A stretch of 64,000 nt of DNA from Harriotta raleighana (Eukaryota): positions 4,695,607 through 4,759,606 of the forward strand of contig JBNZDD010013730.1 in the NCBI GenBank assembly GCA_050575255.1, read 5' to 3'. Shown one piece after another: positions 63,646-64,000 of this stretch. The notes under the pieces are model-generated. The model was not told the origin of the DNA. It saw only the letters and a list, made by a program, of their open reading frames with translations, and did not search any database. How positions within the stretch are numbered: the stretch's first letter is position 1; each line of letters starts with the position of its first letter. A program made the translations under genes and the position numbers.

Positions 63646-63817
63646 TATTTAATGCTAAAGATTGGATTTTTGTATTCCAGTCTTATGTAAGCAGTTACTT
63701 GAGTTAATGTCGTATTTTAATTCGTACTGTATAGTTAATTTAGCAATTTTATATTTTAAAAAATGTGTTCATTGTCCATTTGTTCAATTTTGTTTTCTGT
63801 TCTATTTTCCACCTCAG

Positions 63818-64000
63818 GCAACACTTAAGATGCTGTTGGATCACCTGAAACGTGTGGCTTCTTATCATGAGGTGAATAAGATGACCTGCCAGAACTTGGC
63901 AGTATGTTTTGGGCCTGTGTTACTGAGCCAGAGACAGGAAGCCTCCAATCACAGCAACAGGGTTTTTACAGACTCCGAAGAACTTGCTAGTGCACTGGAC
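63818..64000 (+). CDS. SYDE2: SYDE2 coding exon 6 (partial): RhoGAP C-terminal part
   Basis: Acceptor ttttccacctcag|GCA. Translates [61 protein letters not shown] and is open to the window end. Confidence 0.97.

Overview
This is AT-rich vertebrate genomic DNA. The repeat content (LINE-2, CR1, Penelope-like pieces, tRNA-headed Deu/SacSINE-like SINEs) suggests a cartilaginous fish, possibly a chimaera; that is inference. The window holds about 25 kb of repeat-studded intergenic DNA, then a pyrimidine-rich minisatellite and a CpG-island promoter. After these come the first six coding exons of SYDE2 (C2 + RhoGAP protein, SYD-1 family) on the + strand: 25993-27992, 34685-35371, 42719-43818, 47223-47349, 60480-60661 and 63818-64000 (last exon runs off the window). 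All introns are GT-AG and the phases join in frame, giving about 1340 codons after removing two assembly duplications in exon 1. Seven of the eight single N characters sit between two near-identical copies of the flanking sequence. These look like unmerged contig ends or alleles, and one of them creates a false frameshift in exon 1. I did not find a convincing new biological system. The best leads are a SYDE1-like N-terminus 299 codons upstream of the MHD start I recall for human SYDE2, an in-phase internal splice donor predicting a short isoform, a poly-Met tract, inverted SINEs flanking exon 5, and an exact 19-bp direct repeat bracketing about 700 bp of unique sequence. Family names for proteins and repeats come from my recollection of consensus sequences, not from a search.
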